NCBI GenBank assembly: GCA_041736805.1
Contig: JBGSSW010000011.1
Span: 18,395 to 82,394 of the forward strand
Source of the DNA: Minisyncoccia bacterium
GTDB lineage: Bacteria; Patescibacteriota; Minisyncoccia; Phycocordibacterales; UBA918
Length of the DNA: 64,000 bases
Direction: 5' to 3'
Position 1 is the first letter of the stretch, and each line of letters starts with the position of its first letter. The notes below the pieces were generated by a model. The model did not search any database. It worked only from the letters and a program-made list of their open reading frames with translations, and had not been told where the DNA came from. Positions 1 through 10,300 of this stretch are shown piece after piece. The position numbers and the translations under genes were made by a program.

Positions 1-237
1 GTTGCCGATCCTCAAGCATACAAACCAATGATGCGGGACCTTTCGGTATTAAGTGGAGCGGCACTTGATAAGGTGTTCTTGGAAGACATGGTGATGCACC
101 ACAAGGGAGCGGTTATGATGGCAGAAAGTGTGCAACCGTATATTGAACATAAAGAGATTACTGATTTATCTAAAACAATAGTTGAAACACAGACTGAGGA
201 AATTCGACTGATGACACAGTTGCTCGGGGGGCTGTAA
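1..237 (+). CDS. DUF305-family protein, C-terminal fragment (ORF continues upstream of window)
   Basis: Translation ...HHKGAVMMAE... matches the conserved HH-G-A-x-MA core of DUF305. The reading frame is open from base 1. Confidence 0.45.
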   Translation, partial: VADPQAYKPMMRDLSVLSGAALDKVFLEDMVMHHKGAVMMAESVQPYIEHKEITDLSKTIVETQTEEIRLMTQLLGGL

Positions 238-408
238 CCGGTGTTACCAGCCTGCCCCAGGCTGTACAGCTTCCTCGTACGCACCACTACTCATGAACCT
301 GGCCTTCTCCGGCGCGGGATGGGTTTTGTGCGTGCAGGTACTGCGAAGCGGTGCTACACTATTTAGGTACCATTTACCATTTACCAGTTACCATTAACGA
401 TTACGCCT

Positions 409-1464
409 ATGAGCCCGCTTGGACAACGTATTGCCCCAATTCTTCTACTCCTGTTTCTCTCACCGTTTCTCACCGAGGTCTTTACCGGCAGTAGCCCGGT
501 ATACGCATTTTTTATGCCGGTAACGTTTATTCTCTTTACCACGGCGGGCTATGGTTTTCCGGTACTCATCCTGCGCGAATTGTACATTAGAAAAAAGTTG
601 AGCCTGCTCGCCCTTTTTATTCTCGGTCTGGCCTACGGTCTTTGGAATGAGGGGCTATTTGCGCAAACTATTTTCTACCCCCTCCACTCCCCCATTGATA
701 GCTTCGGGGCCTACGGAGTATACGGCGATATTCGTATCCCCTTCATGTTAGCCATTAGTTCGTGGCATGCACTCTTTGCGGTTGTCTTCCCGGTTTTGTT
801 TGTTAATTATTTATTTAAAGAACAAGCGAGCAAATCGTGGATTTCTAAAAAATTGGCCTGGGCACTGGGAGGACTATCGTTCGCGTTTGGTACGCTCGGT
901 TTCTTTATCAATACCCACCAAGCGGAATTTGGTGACACAACGCGAGAACTAACCGGCAACCCCTCTCATTATGTCTTCCTGGTCATCGCCGCTATTGTTT
1001 TAACTATTATTGCCCTAAAACTCCCGCGCTCCATGGACACAGGGAAGGTACTACTGATCTCAGCCAAAAAACTGCTGCTGCAGGGTATGGGGCTATACCT
1101 GGCAGTATTTTTCCTCCCCTCTCTACTAGCGAGCGCTGGGCTTCCGGCACCACTATTTATAGGCTACTTTGTGCTGGTTTTTATCGCGGGGGCGTATCGT
1201 TACTACCGTACACCATCACTCACTCCGGAAGGTACCGTACTCGTCGCTCTCGGTGGAGAAATAGGGGTTGCTCTGCTTGGTATTTTTGTGGCCGCCATCA
1301 CCGGTCAGTTTATGCAGGCGGGATTTGTAGTATTGTGTCTGCTGTTCTGTTTTTGGGCGGCGTATCGCGTCTCACACAGACTACCAAAGGAAAAGATGCC
1401 GATTCCACTACCTAGAGAGGATAGGGATACATCACGCATACAGCCGTCACAAGTGGACAGTTAA
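409..1464 (+). CDS. polytopic integral membrane protein, function unknown
   Basis: 351-aa ORF made almost entirely of hydrophobic helices (8–10 predicted TM segments). GC-rich codon usage, unlike the backbone. Confidence 0.5.
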   Translation: MSPLGQRIAPILLLLFLSPFLTEVFTGSSPVYAFFMPVTFILFTTAGYGFPVLILRELYIRKKLSLLALFILGLAYGLWNEGLFAQTIFYPLHSPIDSFGAYGVYGDIRIPFMLAISSWHALFAVVFPVLFVNYLFKEQASKSWISKKLAWALGGLSFAFGTLGFFINTHQAEFGDTTRELTGNPSHYVFLVIAAIVLTIIALKLPRSMDTGKVLLISAKKLLLQGMGLYLAVFFLPSLLASAGLPAPLFIGYFVLVFIAGAYRYYRTPSLTPEGTVLVALGGEIGVALLGIFVAAITGQFMQAGFVVLCLLFCFWAAYRVSHRLPKEKMPIPLPREDRDTSRIQPSQVDS

Positions 1465-1520
1465 CAGATTGGCAATTTACCGCTATACTGGTGGCGCTCT
1501 CAAGGACTAGGGAGAACCAG

Positions 1521-1608
1521 GGAGGATTGGATGAGAGGTTGATATCAGCGGTTTACTAAACCGCCAGACTTTAATCGGTCTCGTGGGTTCGAATCCCACA
1601 TCCTCCGC
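1521..1608 (+). tRNA. type-II (long variable arm) tRNA, Ser-like; anticodon loop reads UUACUAA (anticodon ACU?), assignment uncertain
   Basis: Acceptor GGAGGAT pairs with ATCCTCC, discriminator G. T-arm GTGGG-TTCGAAT-CCCAC. Long variable arm GAC..GTC. Anticodon stem GCGGT/ACCGC. CCA is not encoded. Confidence 0.6.
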
Positions 1609-1682
1609 ATTGACAACCTGTTAGTTGTGTGTTCCCACATGCTCGATGCCGAGCTGTGACCCACAAAGCTAGCGCGTTGCAA

Positions 1683-1710
1683 AAAGAGCGGCCTCGTGCC
1701 GCTTTTTTTG
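1683..1710. terminator. bidirectional rho-independent terminator between the tRNA and the minus-strand island genes
   Basis: A-run, then stem AGCGGC-CTCGT-GCCGCT, then TTTTTTT. Confidence 0.5.
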
Positions 1711-2280
1711 CTATTTGTTCACAAACTTTGCGACTATGCGACCGTGTATTTCGTGCATCTGATCTTCGCTGAATAGCTGATCGTATCTCCAAATCTTTCC
1801 TCCAAGAGAAAAAGCTTTTAGATACGCTTCGCAATAGATCCTTGGATTAATGACCAGAATGTCATCCCGTCTCTCCCATCCAAGTGTCGATTGGTAGTCG
1901 TACTCAATCCTGTGACCCATAGATCCGAGCCACTGGTGAGCGAGAATGTTCCGCCAATTATGAATATCCTCTGCGATTAAGGAGAATTTCAGATCGTCTG
2001 TATCTCCATCAACGAATGTTTCCAAGAATTGCTTGTAGTCCTTGAACATAGAATCAGGCTTGCCGTTAGCGAAGAACACCTCGCCTATGGTGAGTGCGGC
2101 TGCGTGTACGCCAAGAAACATCAGGGATGTTTGGTAGTGAGCGGGGGTGATCCCGATCTCGTTGTTGAAGTAATTTGCAATTGAGTTGAGTAACGTTTCA
2201 ATTGCTTCGACAGGATGACTCTTGAGTCGCTCTAGTCGATGTTCTTGTGACTCCGAATTGTGCGTGCGGTTTTTTCCCAT
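1711..2280 (-). CDS. hypothetical protein with HEPN-like R-x4-H motif (DIHNWRNILAHQW)
   Basis: 189-aa ORF. The motif W-R-N-x-L-A-H resembles the HEPN RNase signature Rx4-6H and recurs in the neighbouring gene. Confidence 0.4.
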   Translation of the reverse strand: MGKNRTHNSESQEHRLERLKSHPVEAIETLLNSIANYFNNEIGITPAHYQTSLMFLGVHAAALTIGEVFFANGKPDSMFKDYKQFLETFVDGDTDDLKFSLIAEDIHNWRNILAHQWLGSMGHRIEYDYQSTLGWERRDDILVINPRIYCEAYLKAFSLGGKIWRYDQLFSEDQMHEIHGRIVAKFVNK

Positions 2281-2284
2281 ATTT

Positions 2285-3127
2285 TTAAATTATTCTGTTA
2301 TCAATTTCGTGGAAGAGGTTGTTGATCATGATAAGCCGACCTAGTGCGTCGTGATGTGGAAGCTGATTTTCGTCGCCGTGGCTAAGATTATTCCTCCACC
2401 AATGCATGATGCCCATCACCGTCAACTTAAAGCCAAGCTGTTTGTTGACCTCCTGCGGTGTGGAAAGAGTGTTGAATTTTATCTTCGGATTTTGCTCGTT
2501 GAAAACGGTAGCCATCAGATCCGGACCTTGTTTATCATGAGTGCTTGTCAGATCTTGGACAGTTTTTTCAAATCGCTCAAGCGCTTTTCGTACGGACTCG
2601 TTGATATGTCCTTCAATGAACATCTTTTTGCAGTCAGGTAGCAATGATGGGTGAAGAGTATATGCATCCAGAATCTTCTGGATGGCGATTGGTGGCGGCA
2701 CCGTTCTCGGACGTTCCTTCGGAAGATTCATTGCCAATATTTCTTTCTCTAGGTCTATATTGAGAACCTTCAGTTTCAGATAAAGCTCAAGGGCTTCAGC
2801 TTCCAATACAGGCTCACCTTTCTCGTGACGCTTCTCTATAGCCTTGGGAAGTATCTCGCGCACGAGAATCTTTATTGTCCGAGGCTTATGGCAGTACAGA
2901 TTGCGAAGAAATTCGTAGAAGGCATCTTTTTTGTTTGAGGTCTTGGTTGAGAGATATTTACCGAGACCTCGTTCTTTGGCTATTGTGGTCAATGAAAACG
3001 AGCTGCGAAATCCTGAAAGCGAGATCAGTTTACCGAGCTGTTCCGCAAGCGCACGGATTGCCTGCGCTTGTGGCGCTGTGACTATCACTCTTTTCTTTGC
3101 AACCTTTTTCTTGATTTTCTTTTTCAT
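2285..3127 (-). CDS. HEPN-like protein (Abi_C / Ymh-like C-terminal domain; motif HWWRNNLSHGDE), Lys-rich N-terminus
   Basis: 280-aa ORF. The C-terminal W-R-N-x-L-S-H-G motif matches the HEPN Rx4-6H signature. The gene abuts another HEPN-motif gene in the same orientation. Confidence 0.45.
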   Translation of the reverse strand: MKKKIKKKVAKKRVIVTAPQAQAIRALAEQLGKLISLSGFRSSFSLTTIAKERGLGKYLSTKTSNKKDAFYEFLRNLYCHKPRTIKILVREILPKAIEKRHEKGEPVLEAEALELYLKLKVLNIDLEKEILAMNLPKERPRTVPPPIAIQKILDAYTLHPSLLPDCKKMFIEGHINESVRKALERFEKTVQDLTSTHDKQGPDLMATVFNEQNPKIKFNTLSTPQEVNKQLGFKLTVMGIMHWWRNNLSHGDENQLPHHDALGRLIMINNLFHEIDNRII

Positions 3128-3130
3128 AGA

Positions 3131-3661
3131 TTATTTGGTCGTATGCACATGGAATCCGCACGCCCGGCAGAGACCATTCATATTCGTGTTACCGTTGATA
3201 TGAAATTCAAAGTTTTCCTTACCACAAACAGGGCAAACCACACGACCGCCAGTGAGTTTCGTAGCATTAATCGTGTCCAGAACATCCCGCACGTCTCGTA
3301 CGTATTTGTTCACCTGCTCTCGATCATTTAAATAACCCTGCACCCACAGATTCGTTGTGATCCGCCCCGCTGACGTTTCCTTGTAGTGGATTTTCCCTTC
3401 GTTCAAAAGCTTCTCCCAGTACTGACGCGTCTTCCCGTACTCTCTGGCGACATCACCAGAGGACATGAGTGTCGCATTGTATGGAATGTAACCTTGAGCT
3501 TCCATATTTTCGACACAAGCACGAATACCTTCCGCAAGTGCGCTTTCTTTTTCTTCTTTGGAAAACTCACCAGTCAGATCAAGACCGAGGCTTAAAGTGC
3601 CGCCACTACTTGTATTGGCGTGCCAATAGAATTTTCGCTTGTCGTCCTTGGGTGCAGACAT
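3131..3661 (-). CDS. hypothetical protein with C-terminal CxxC...CxxC zinc ribbon
   Basis: 176-aa ORF ending ...VVCPVCGKENFEFHINGNTNMNGLCRACGFHV. No other recognisable motif. Confidence 0.45.
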   Translation of the reverse strand: MSAPKDDKRKFYWHANTSSGGTLSLGLDLTGEFSKEEKESALAEGIRACVENMEAQGYIPYNATLMSSGDVAREYGKTRQYWEKLLNEGKIHYKETSAGRITTNLWVQGYLNDREQVNKYVRDVRDVLDTINATKLTGGRVVCPVCGKENFEFHINGNTNMNGLCRACGFHVHTTK

Positions 3662-3704
3662 GCCACAAGTATATTCTCATTGGTTTCTAAATGCAACCAA
3701 TATC

Positions 3705-5057
3705 CTATTCCTCCAGCAAGGTAATCTGCTTGTCGTTCAGCACTAGTCTTGATCGTAAGTGTCCCATCAGTTCACGCTTCTCCAGTGGAGTACCCTCGCG
3801 GAGTACGTACTTCGCGTACTCTCTGGTTGCAATATCATCCTCGTCAATCTGCATCTTCGGCTTGCCTTTGGTCGCCAATCGTTGCAGTCGGTTGAATCGT
3901 TTAATTTCTTCTTCAAGTTTCATCCGCATACCAAGTTCGTTGATACTCACTTTGTCGATGACCTTGAAGAGTTCCTCCACCAGTTCTTCCTCACGGATGT
4001 ACTTGTTCTTGCAGTTTCTGTCTTTTGATTTTGAGCAAGAGTAGTAGATGTATTTGGCGTTCGTGCCGTCTTTTAGTTCTTTGTATTTTTCTTGCGCTGT
4101 TATCCCTGATCCGCACATACCGCAGGTGAAGAGTTTAGTGAAGGCGAACTCTCGGTTCCCTCGCACAATCTTATCTCGCTTCAGTTGCTCATTTACTTTC
4201 TTGAACAATTCTTCAGTGATAATAGGTTCATGTGCTCCTTGGTACCAGTTGCCACTGTTCTTTGGATATTCAAATGGTCCGTAGTAGATCGGCATTTGGA
4301 GCATGCGGTATACGCCACTTAAGGTGAGTGGTCGGTTTCCTCGCGTATGGAAGTTGAGATCAAAGCGGAGCCAGTTATATACCTTGCGCCCACTCCAGTG
4401 TTCATATGCCACCTTCTCAAACATTTGCTTTACGACCGGTGCACGCTCTGGATCTATGACGATCCGACACTTCCTGTCCATCAGCTTTTGATTGAGGTAC
4501 CCGAGTGGTGCCATGCCCGGCCATAGTCCCATCTCAACTCTTGTTCGTAGTCCTCGCTTCACGTTGATACCTCGGTTGTCGTTCTCAAGCTTTGCTTGTG
4601 ATCCGAGGATCATTAGGAGGAACTTCTCGTTGGGGTTGTTCCTAAAGCTCTGTCCAAAGGTACGTATCTCATGGAGCTTTCCCGCGTCCATCAAGTCCAC
4701 AATCTTTCCGAGGTCGCCTGCGTTTCTTGATATACGGTCTGGTGCCCAGGTGAGGATGCCGTTAAACTTGTTGTCTCTTAGTTCATCTATGATCTCGTTG
4801 AAGACCGGTCGTTGCCCAGTCTCCTTGGCTGAGTGTGATTCTCGCTTCATGGTCACGATCTCCAGACCCTCTCGTTCGGCGAGTTGGAGCATCTCACTGA
4901 TTTGTGAGTCGATGGACAGCACTTGCCGTTCCTCAGATTCACTACTTTTTCTTGCGTAGAGGCAGTATTTCACCCTTACAGGGATTGCTTCTGGTTTGAC
5001 CACCATTCCATGTGGCGCTTGTATTGTGTTATTCATACAGCTACATTGATGACGCAA
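3705..5057 (-). CDS. large serine recombinase (resolvase/invertase catalytic domain + recombinase domain + zinc ribbon)
   Basis: N-terminal YARKSSESEERQ..SIDSQ motif holds the catalytic serine. LTWAPDRISRN matches the resolvase R-x-SR motif. The C-terminal CGMCG...CSKSKDRNC is a zinc ribbon. The true start may be an internal Met (5036 or 5006). Confidence 0.85.
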   Translation of the reverse strand: MRHQCSCMNNTIQAPHGMVVKPEAIPVRVKYCLYARKSSESEERQVLSIDSQISEMLQLAEREGLEIVTMKRESHSAKETGQRPVFNEIIDELRDNKFNGILTWAPDRISRNAGDLGKIVDLMDAGKLHEIRTFGQSFRNNPNEKFLLMILGSQAKLENDNRGINVKRGLRTRVEMGLWPGMAPLGYLNQKLMDRKCRIVIDPERAPVVKQMFEKVAYEHWSGRKVYNWLRFDLNFHTRGNRPLTLSGVYRMLQMPIYYGPFEYPKNSGNWYQGAHEPIITEELFKKVNEQLKRDKIVRGNREFAFTKLFTCGMCGSGITAQEKYKELKDGTNAKYIYYSCSKSKDRNCKNKYIREEELVEELFKVIDKVSINELGMRMKLEEEIKRFNRLQRLATKGKPKMQIDEDDIATREYAKYVLREGTPLEKRELMGHLRSRLVLNDKQITLLEE

Positions 5058-5216
5058 ACCGCCCTAGGAGTCCAGAGCGTCCCGAGTGGGTAAGAGTTGG
5101 TAACCTTAGCCCATTAGGATTCTGATGTGTGCATATTTCTCTTTCGAATAAATGCACGGTGCGTCACAAATTCACGGTTTATATAAATACCAATACTGAT
5201 ACAATGTTTATTACAA

Positions 5217-7331
5217 ATGAGCCCACTAAAACAACTTTTTAACAACACTAGTAAATACAGAAATGCTATTACTAGATATAAGTATTTTCTCTCCGCACTG
5301 CTGATAGCTTTATTCTTTCTATCACTATGGATGACTGCTCAAGATGCTGATAAAAGATATAATTCACTTCTTTCGGTGACCATTTATGATCGAAATAACA
5401 CACCTCTTAGTATCAAAGAAAATGACAAAGGTCATTATGTGAGTTCTTTACAAACATTACCTGACGATTTTGCTCATCTCCTTATAGAAAAAGAAGACAA
5501 GTACTTTTACTACCATTTTGGAATCAATCCGTTCAGTACAGCAAGAGCTATGTACTACTATGTCATGGAAAGCAAGGCAGGTGGCGCGAGCACCATTACC
5601 CAACAACTTTCAAAAAATCTATTGGGCACTGAACTTAACAGGAATGTATTTAACAAATTACTTGAGGTTTTTTATAGCATTAGTATAGAGCTTTTTAATT
5701 CAAAGGAGGAAGTCTTAGTGATGTATGCGAACACGGTCTATTTGGGTAATCAAGTGCAAGGATTTCAAACTGGTAGTTATGCTTATTTTGACAAGCCGCT
5801 TATCGAAACTACGCATAATGAACGTATTTCACTTCTCGCAACGCTTTCATATCCAAACGCACGCAATCCATGGGAAGAAAAAAATAAAGACTTTGCAGAA
5901 AGTTTAAGTAAAAGAATTTCTCCGAATGAGATTTTTATTGAACCAGAAGCAACTGCTCGCTATTCATTTCAAAGTGAAACATTTTTTGAGCTAAAGTCCG
6001 CTGGAGTTACGTGTGAAGATACCTGTTATACTAGTGTTGATGACACACTCACAAAAAATATTCGAGGGATTCTCAAACGACATATTTCTGCTGAATGGGA
6101 GCGTGGAGCGAGAAACGGCGCAGTAGTCGTTATTAATCCACAGACCTCTGAAGTGCTTGCACTCGTGGGTAGCAAAAATCCAAAGAATGCAACTGGGGGA
6201 GATCAGATCAATATGGCTTTACAACCACGTCCAATTGGTTCAACAGTCAAACCTTTTATTTATCTTAAAGGATTTATTGACGGATTGCGTCCATATACAC
6301 TTGTAGACGACCGTGAATACAAGTACTCAATTGCAACAGGATTCCCTTTGTATCCCAAAAACTATGATGGACAATATCGTGGTGAAGTTACACTACACGA
6401 ATCATTAAGTAATAGCTTAAACGTACCCTCAGTGAAGGTTCTTGAGTATATTGGACTTCATAACTTCTACGCTTTTTTAAGTGAAAAACTCAAGTTTCAA
6501 CCGATACAAAGTTATGACAGCTACCAGTATGGCATCGCACTTGGTGGATTGGAAATGGATTTATTAACTCTTACACATTACTTCACAATATTTCCCCGCA
6601 TGGGTACTATAGAGCCGATACGTATTCTCAAGAATAACCCCGAAAACTACTCACTACCGCGACAGTCTGAAATACAAACAAAACAAACCGTATCAGACAA
6701 AAAATATACGCAACTAGTCCACGCGATAATCAGCGACCGTCTTTCTGGGGTAGATCAATTTGGTCTTGAGAGTACCCTCAATATTGATGCTAGTGATTAT
6801 GGATTAAAAACAGGCACATCAAGAGATTTCCACGATAGTTGGGTTGTGGGCTACACAGGAGATTTTGTTGTTGGGGTATGGATTGGGAACACTGAGAATG
6901 AACCTCTGAAACAAGTTACTGGCCAGTCGGGAGCTGGAGCAGTGTGGCACGATGTTATGGGTGTATTGCTCGAAACCACTTACAATAATAAGACTGCTAT
7001 ACCGAGAGACTTAGTGACACAGTTTCCAATTAAAAACTCAAATGAGTGGGGACTAATGGATGACAAAATTGATGATCATCGAATGCTTTTGTTAAGCGAT
7101 AATCTTATTCAAAGCCCATACAGCAATGACTCTTTCGAATTTTTTCAAGGTATAACCATACCTCTTAAAGGAGCGAAAGATTTGGAATGGTCAGTAAATG
7201 GGAAAGTGGTCGGTTTCGGTAAAGATATAGTGTTTCATCCTGATAGTAGTGCAACTTACGAAATCATAGCATTAGATAAAGAATCGAATCGCCGTGAAAT
7301 CATTCAAATATCTGTTATTAATCCTCAGTAA
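5217..7331 (+). CDS. class A penicillin-binding protein (GT51 transglycosylase + transpeptidase), PBP1C-like
   Basis: The GT51 motif GGASTITQQLSKN is present. Transpeptidase motifs are STVKPF (SxxK), SLSNS (SxN) and KTGTS (KTG). It is convergent with, and overlaps by 14 bp, an alpha-2-macroglobulin gene, as in the known PBP1C–A2M linkage. Confidence 0.8.
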   Translation: MSPLKQLFNNTSKYRNAITRYKYFLSALLIALFFLSLWMTAQDADKRYNSLLSVTIYDRNNTPLSIKENDKGHYVSSLQTLPDDFAHLLIEKEDKYFYYHFGINPFSTARAMYYYVMESKAGGASTITQQLSKNLLGTELNRNVFNKLLEVFYSISIELFNSKEEVLVMYANTVYLGNQVQGFQTGSYAYFDKPLIETTHNERISLLATLSYPNARNPWEEKNKDFAESLSKRISPNEIFIEPEATARYSFQSETFFELKSAGVTCEDTCYTSVDDTLTKNIRGILKRHISAEWERGARNGAVVVINPQTSEVLALVGSKNPKNATGGDQINMALQPRPIGSTVKPFIYLKGFIDGLRPYTLVDDREYKYSIATGFPLYPKNYDGQYRGEVTLHESLSNSLNVPSVKVLEYIGLHNFYAFLSEKLKFQPIQSYDSYQYGIALGGLEMDLLTLTHYFTIFPRMGTIEPIRILKNNPENYSLPRQSEIQTKQTVSDKKYTQLVHAIISDRLSGVDQFGLESTLNIDASDYGLKTGTSRDFHDSWVVGYTGDFVVGVWIGNTENEPLKQVTGQSGAGAVWHDVMGVLLETTYNNKTAIPRDLVTQFPIKNSNEWGLMDDKIDDHRMLLLSDNLIQSPYSNDSFEFFQGITIPLKGAKDLEWSVNGKVVGFGKDIVFHPDSSATYEIIALDKESNRREIIQISVINPQ

Positions 7332-10300
7332 CAGTAACGATGCCCCCCGAAGTTCTACCAAAGACCTCTGGGAAGTAAAGCTCTTCTGCACGAGCTGGAA
7401 GATGCTGGAAAGTACCTGGAATAAGTGCACGTAAGTAATACTCATACTCATATACACCTGGTTCCAGTCTTTCGACATAGAGAAACACTCTATCATCATG
7501 AGACTCAACGTGCGTTGGGTATAGTTTGCGATTTTCTTTTGAGTAAACGCCTCCAGAACTAAATGATCCGTATACCTGTGCTACTTGGGAATCGCTAAAT
7601 ATATTCTTTACTGAACCAAAAACACTCGCCGTAAAGTTTGAATTACCAGCGGACCATTCGTCATATACATCTTCTTGCTTATTCAATGACTGATCCTCAG
7701 TGCTCAAGTTAAAATTAACAATCTCAAACCCTGCTGGGATGAAGTCTTCGACCGCAACATTTTGATATTCGTCTGGAATAGTAATGGTCAATTTTCCACG
7801 GACGACATCTCCGACAGATACAGTTTGTAAACTTTCTGAATCACGCTCGTCACTAAGAGCATATAAATCTCTTGTTATAGTGATACCTTCGTCTCTTGGG
7901 GGGAGAGAATCAACAGGAAGGTAATACTTGAGCGACATGTCATAATACAAATTGTTCTCTCGACCATTCTTGTCTTCTTTTTCAAAAGCTAACGGTAGTA
8001 ACTTTTCTTTCGGTAATGCATCAATTGAAACAAAATGAGTAAACGTCTCGAAAACGGTCTTTGGATTAAATTCAAAACCAAATATCTCGACTCCATCTAG
8101 CAATCCTCGTAGGGTGAAGTGTGATTCAGTCTCGTGTTGCCATTTAAGATAATCAACCATGGCGCTCACTACTGTAAATGTATTGTGCGTACTGCCCCAA
8201 ACACCCTGATGATCACGGCTAGCGAGTAGCCACCTAAGCATATTTGGTAGAGTCTCATGTTCGTCTTCGTGAGCTGCAAATACTGCCACAGCAAGTGCTG
8301 TATTTTTAATAGGTGTCTCATAAAAGTCTCTATTTGAATGTTCGGTACTTGCGAGGTATGCTCCACGACCATCAATATCGATACGATTTTGGAATGCATC
8401 ATAAACCCTATTACGATCACTTCTACTGTAATCTTTAGATGTCAGGATTGCGAGGTAAGCAAGTGACATACTACTAATTTTCTCATTGAGGAAGGAGTCA
8501 TCTTTGATCAAAGTTATAACAATATCAGTAAGTGAGGTTTTGGTTTCTGGTGAAATCTTTCTGAGAACAGATTCTGCAAGAATCACTGTCTCGTTATTCT
8601 GATCTGGATATTGAGTATATAGTCGCTTTGTTTCAGATTCGATGTATCCAATACCTCGACTTAATACATCTTCACGTATTTCGTATCCAGCCATCTTTAA
8701 GTCATATAAAGCAGATACAACATGGATAGTAAGTGACAAGTTTGCATTCAGTCCTTTGTAGTATGCAAAACCACCACCAAGCGTTTGAGCTTCGTATACT
8801 TGTTTAAGACCATCAGTGACTACATTTTCAACTGTATACGTCACTCCATCGTGCTCGATAGTGTCAAATTCTCCTTCAACATTTGGCAATGTGAGTGCTT
8901 CTGTCAAAATACCAATAGTACTAAGCGAACTTGCCAATTGTTCACTGCAACCGTATGGATACGTAACCATGTACGACAACGCGTCAGTCATGAAGACTGC
9001 CATGGTAGCGTTAGCATTTATAGTGAGACCACCTTCACCATCAACTACTGTATCCGGTACATATAAATATTCTACGGCAGTGTCATCTTTTGTAGCATTT
9101 GCAGTTGCAACTGTTTCATAAGTCTTATTAGGTGTTATTGCAATTGATTGCTCTACACTATCAACAAAGGTATTAGCTTTATCAGAAGCAGTGAATGTAA
9201 ATACATGCTCACCAGCTCGCATTGTCTCTGGCGCTTCAACATCAAAGTAAACTGTTTTAGATTCTCCAGGGTTAATAAAGACAGACTCACTAGCATCACC
9301 CTTGAAGGCAAGTGTTTTACTCTCTAGAGTAACGGAAATCTCTTTACCGTCCGCTGTCTGATTAAATATTTTTGCTCCCAACGAGAAGACGTCCCCCGGT
9401 ACCACAAATCGTGGTTTAAGTGGTACAGCCATTAAATCTTTTTTGGTTGTAAATTCTTGATAATCAACACCCAGCTTAGTGTCTTTAGTAACACCTAGTG
9501 ATTCTATCTGCCACGTCGTCAAATTATCAGGTAGAGTGAAAGTAACACTCGCATCTCCGTTTTGATTAGTCTCTACCGATGCCTCCCAGAAAGCTGTATC
9601 CTTAAATACCCCTCGCTTTTTCTTGGCCAAGTCATCAGGCTCTGCTCCACCACCACCCTTAGTACCAAGAGGGATATCCACCTCGTGGAGAATATTTTTT
9701 ATATTACTTGCAGTGGTCACTGATAGTGGAAATCCGTTATAGAAAAATACGAGAGGATTTTTCTTTGGATTACCTTTTAGAGCAAGTACCGAAAGATCTG
9801 CAACAGCAACGGACACTTCGGCAGGGACACCTTGTCCTTGATGATTTTTAGTTTTAACTGTAAGTTTGACCTCCTCACCGGGTAAGTAGTGTGTTTTATT
9901 CGCAGTCACCTCCACTGAAAGCTCCTTCTCCTGCGTCCCAATATTGTAGTAAACGTTTCCGTATTTGACCTCAGGATCAGATGAAAGCAACAAGACTGAG
10001 ACATATACGTTAGGTGAATACTCACTTTTAATTGGGAACTTGTGGGAGTAAAGTCCTCCTATTACATCAACTATCCAATAGTCATACACTGTTCCGCGCT
10101 CTACTGAAATAAGTGCTTTTGCTTTTGGATATGGAGATTTGATTAAAACTGATGCTTCGTCGCCAACATCTAAATCAGTCTTATCGACTTCGAGATCGAG
10201 CTCATAATTATTATTTGGAGGAACAGTGACAGAGCCTGAACCATATATGTATACATTCGCAACAGTTTTAAGTTTATTGCCTTTATCGTCAGCTCCTGTC

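Larger units (their letters stand above)
1609..5140. mobile_element. putative integrated element / genomic island: GC-rich block carrying a large serine recombinase and HEPN-like cargo, next to a tRNA 3' end
   Basis: The compositional shift (GC ~50% inside versus ~35% from 5150 onward) is visible by eye. The recombinase gene sits at the distal edge and a tRNA at the proximal edge. The left boundary is uncertain because 1–1500 is also GC-rich. Confidence 0.4.

Noticed and set aside
1571-1834. 87-aa minus-strand ORF
   Set aside because: It overlaps the tRNA at 1521–1608 and the terminator. It is Arg/Cys-rich and looks like a spurious translation.
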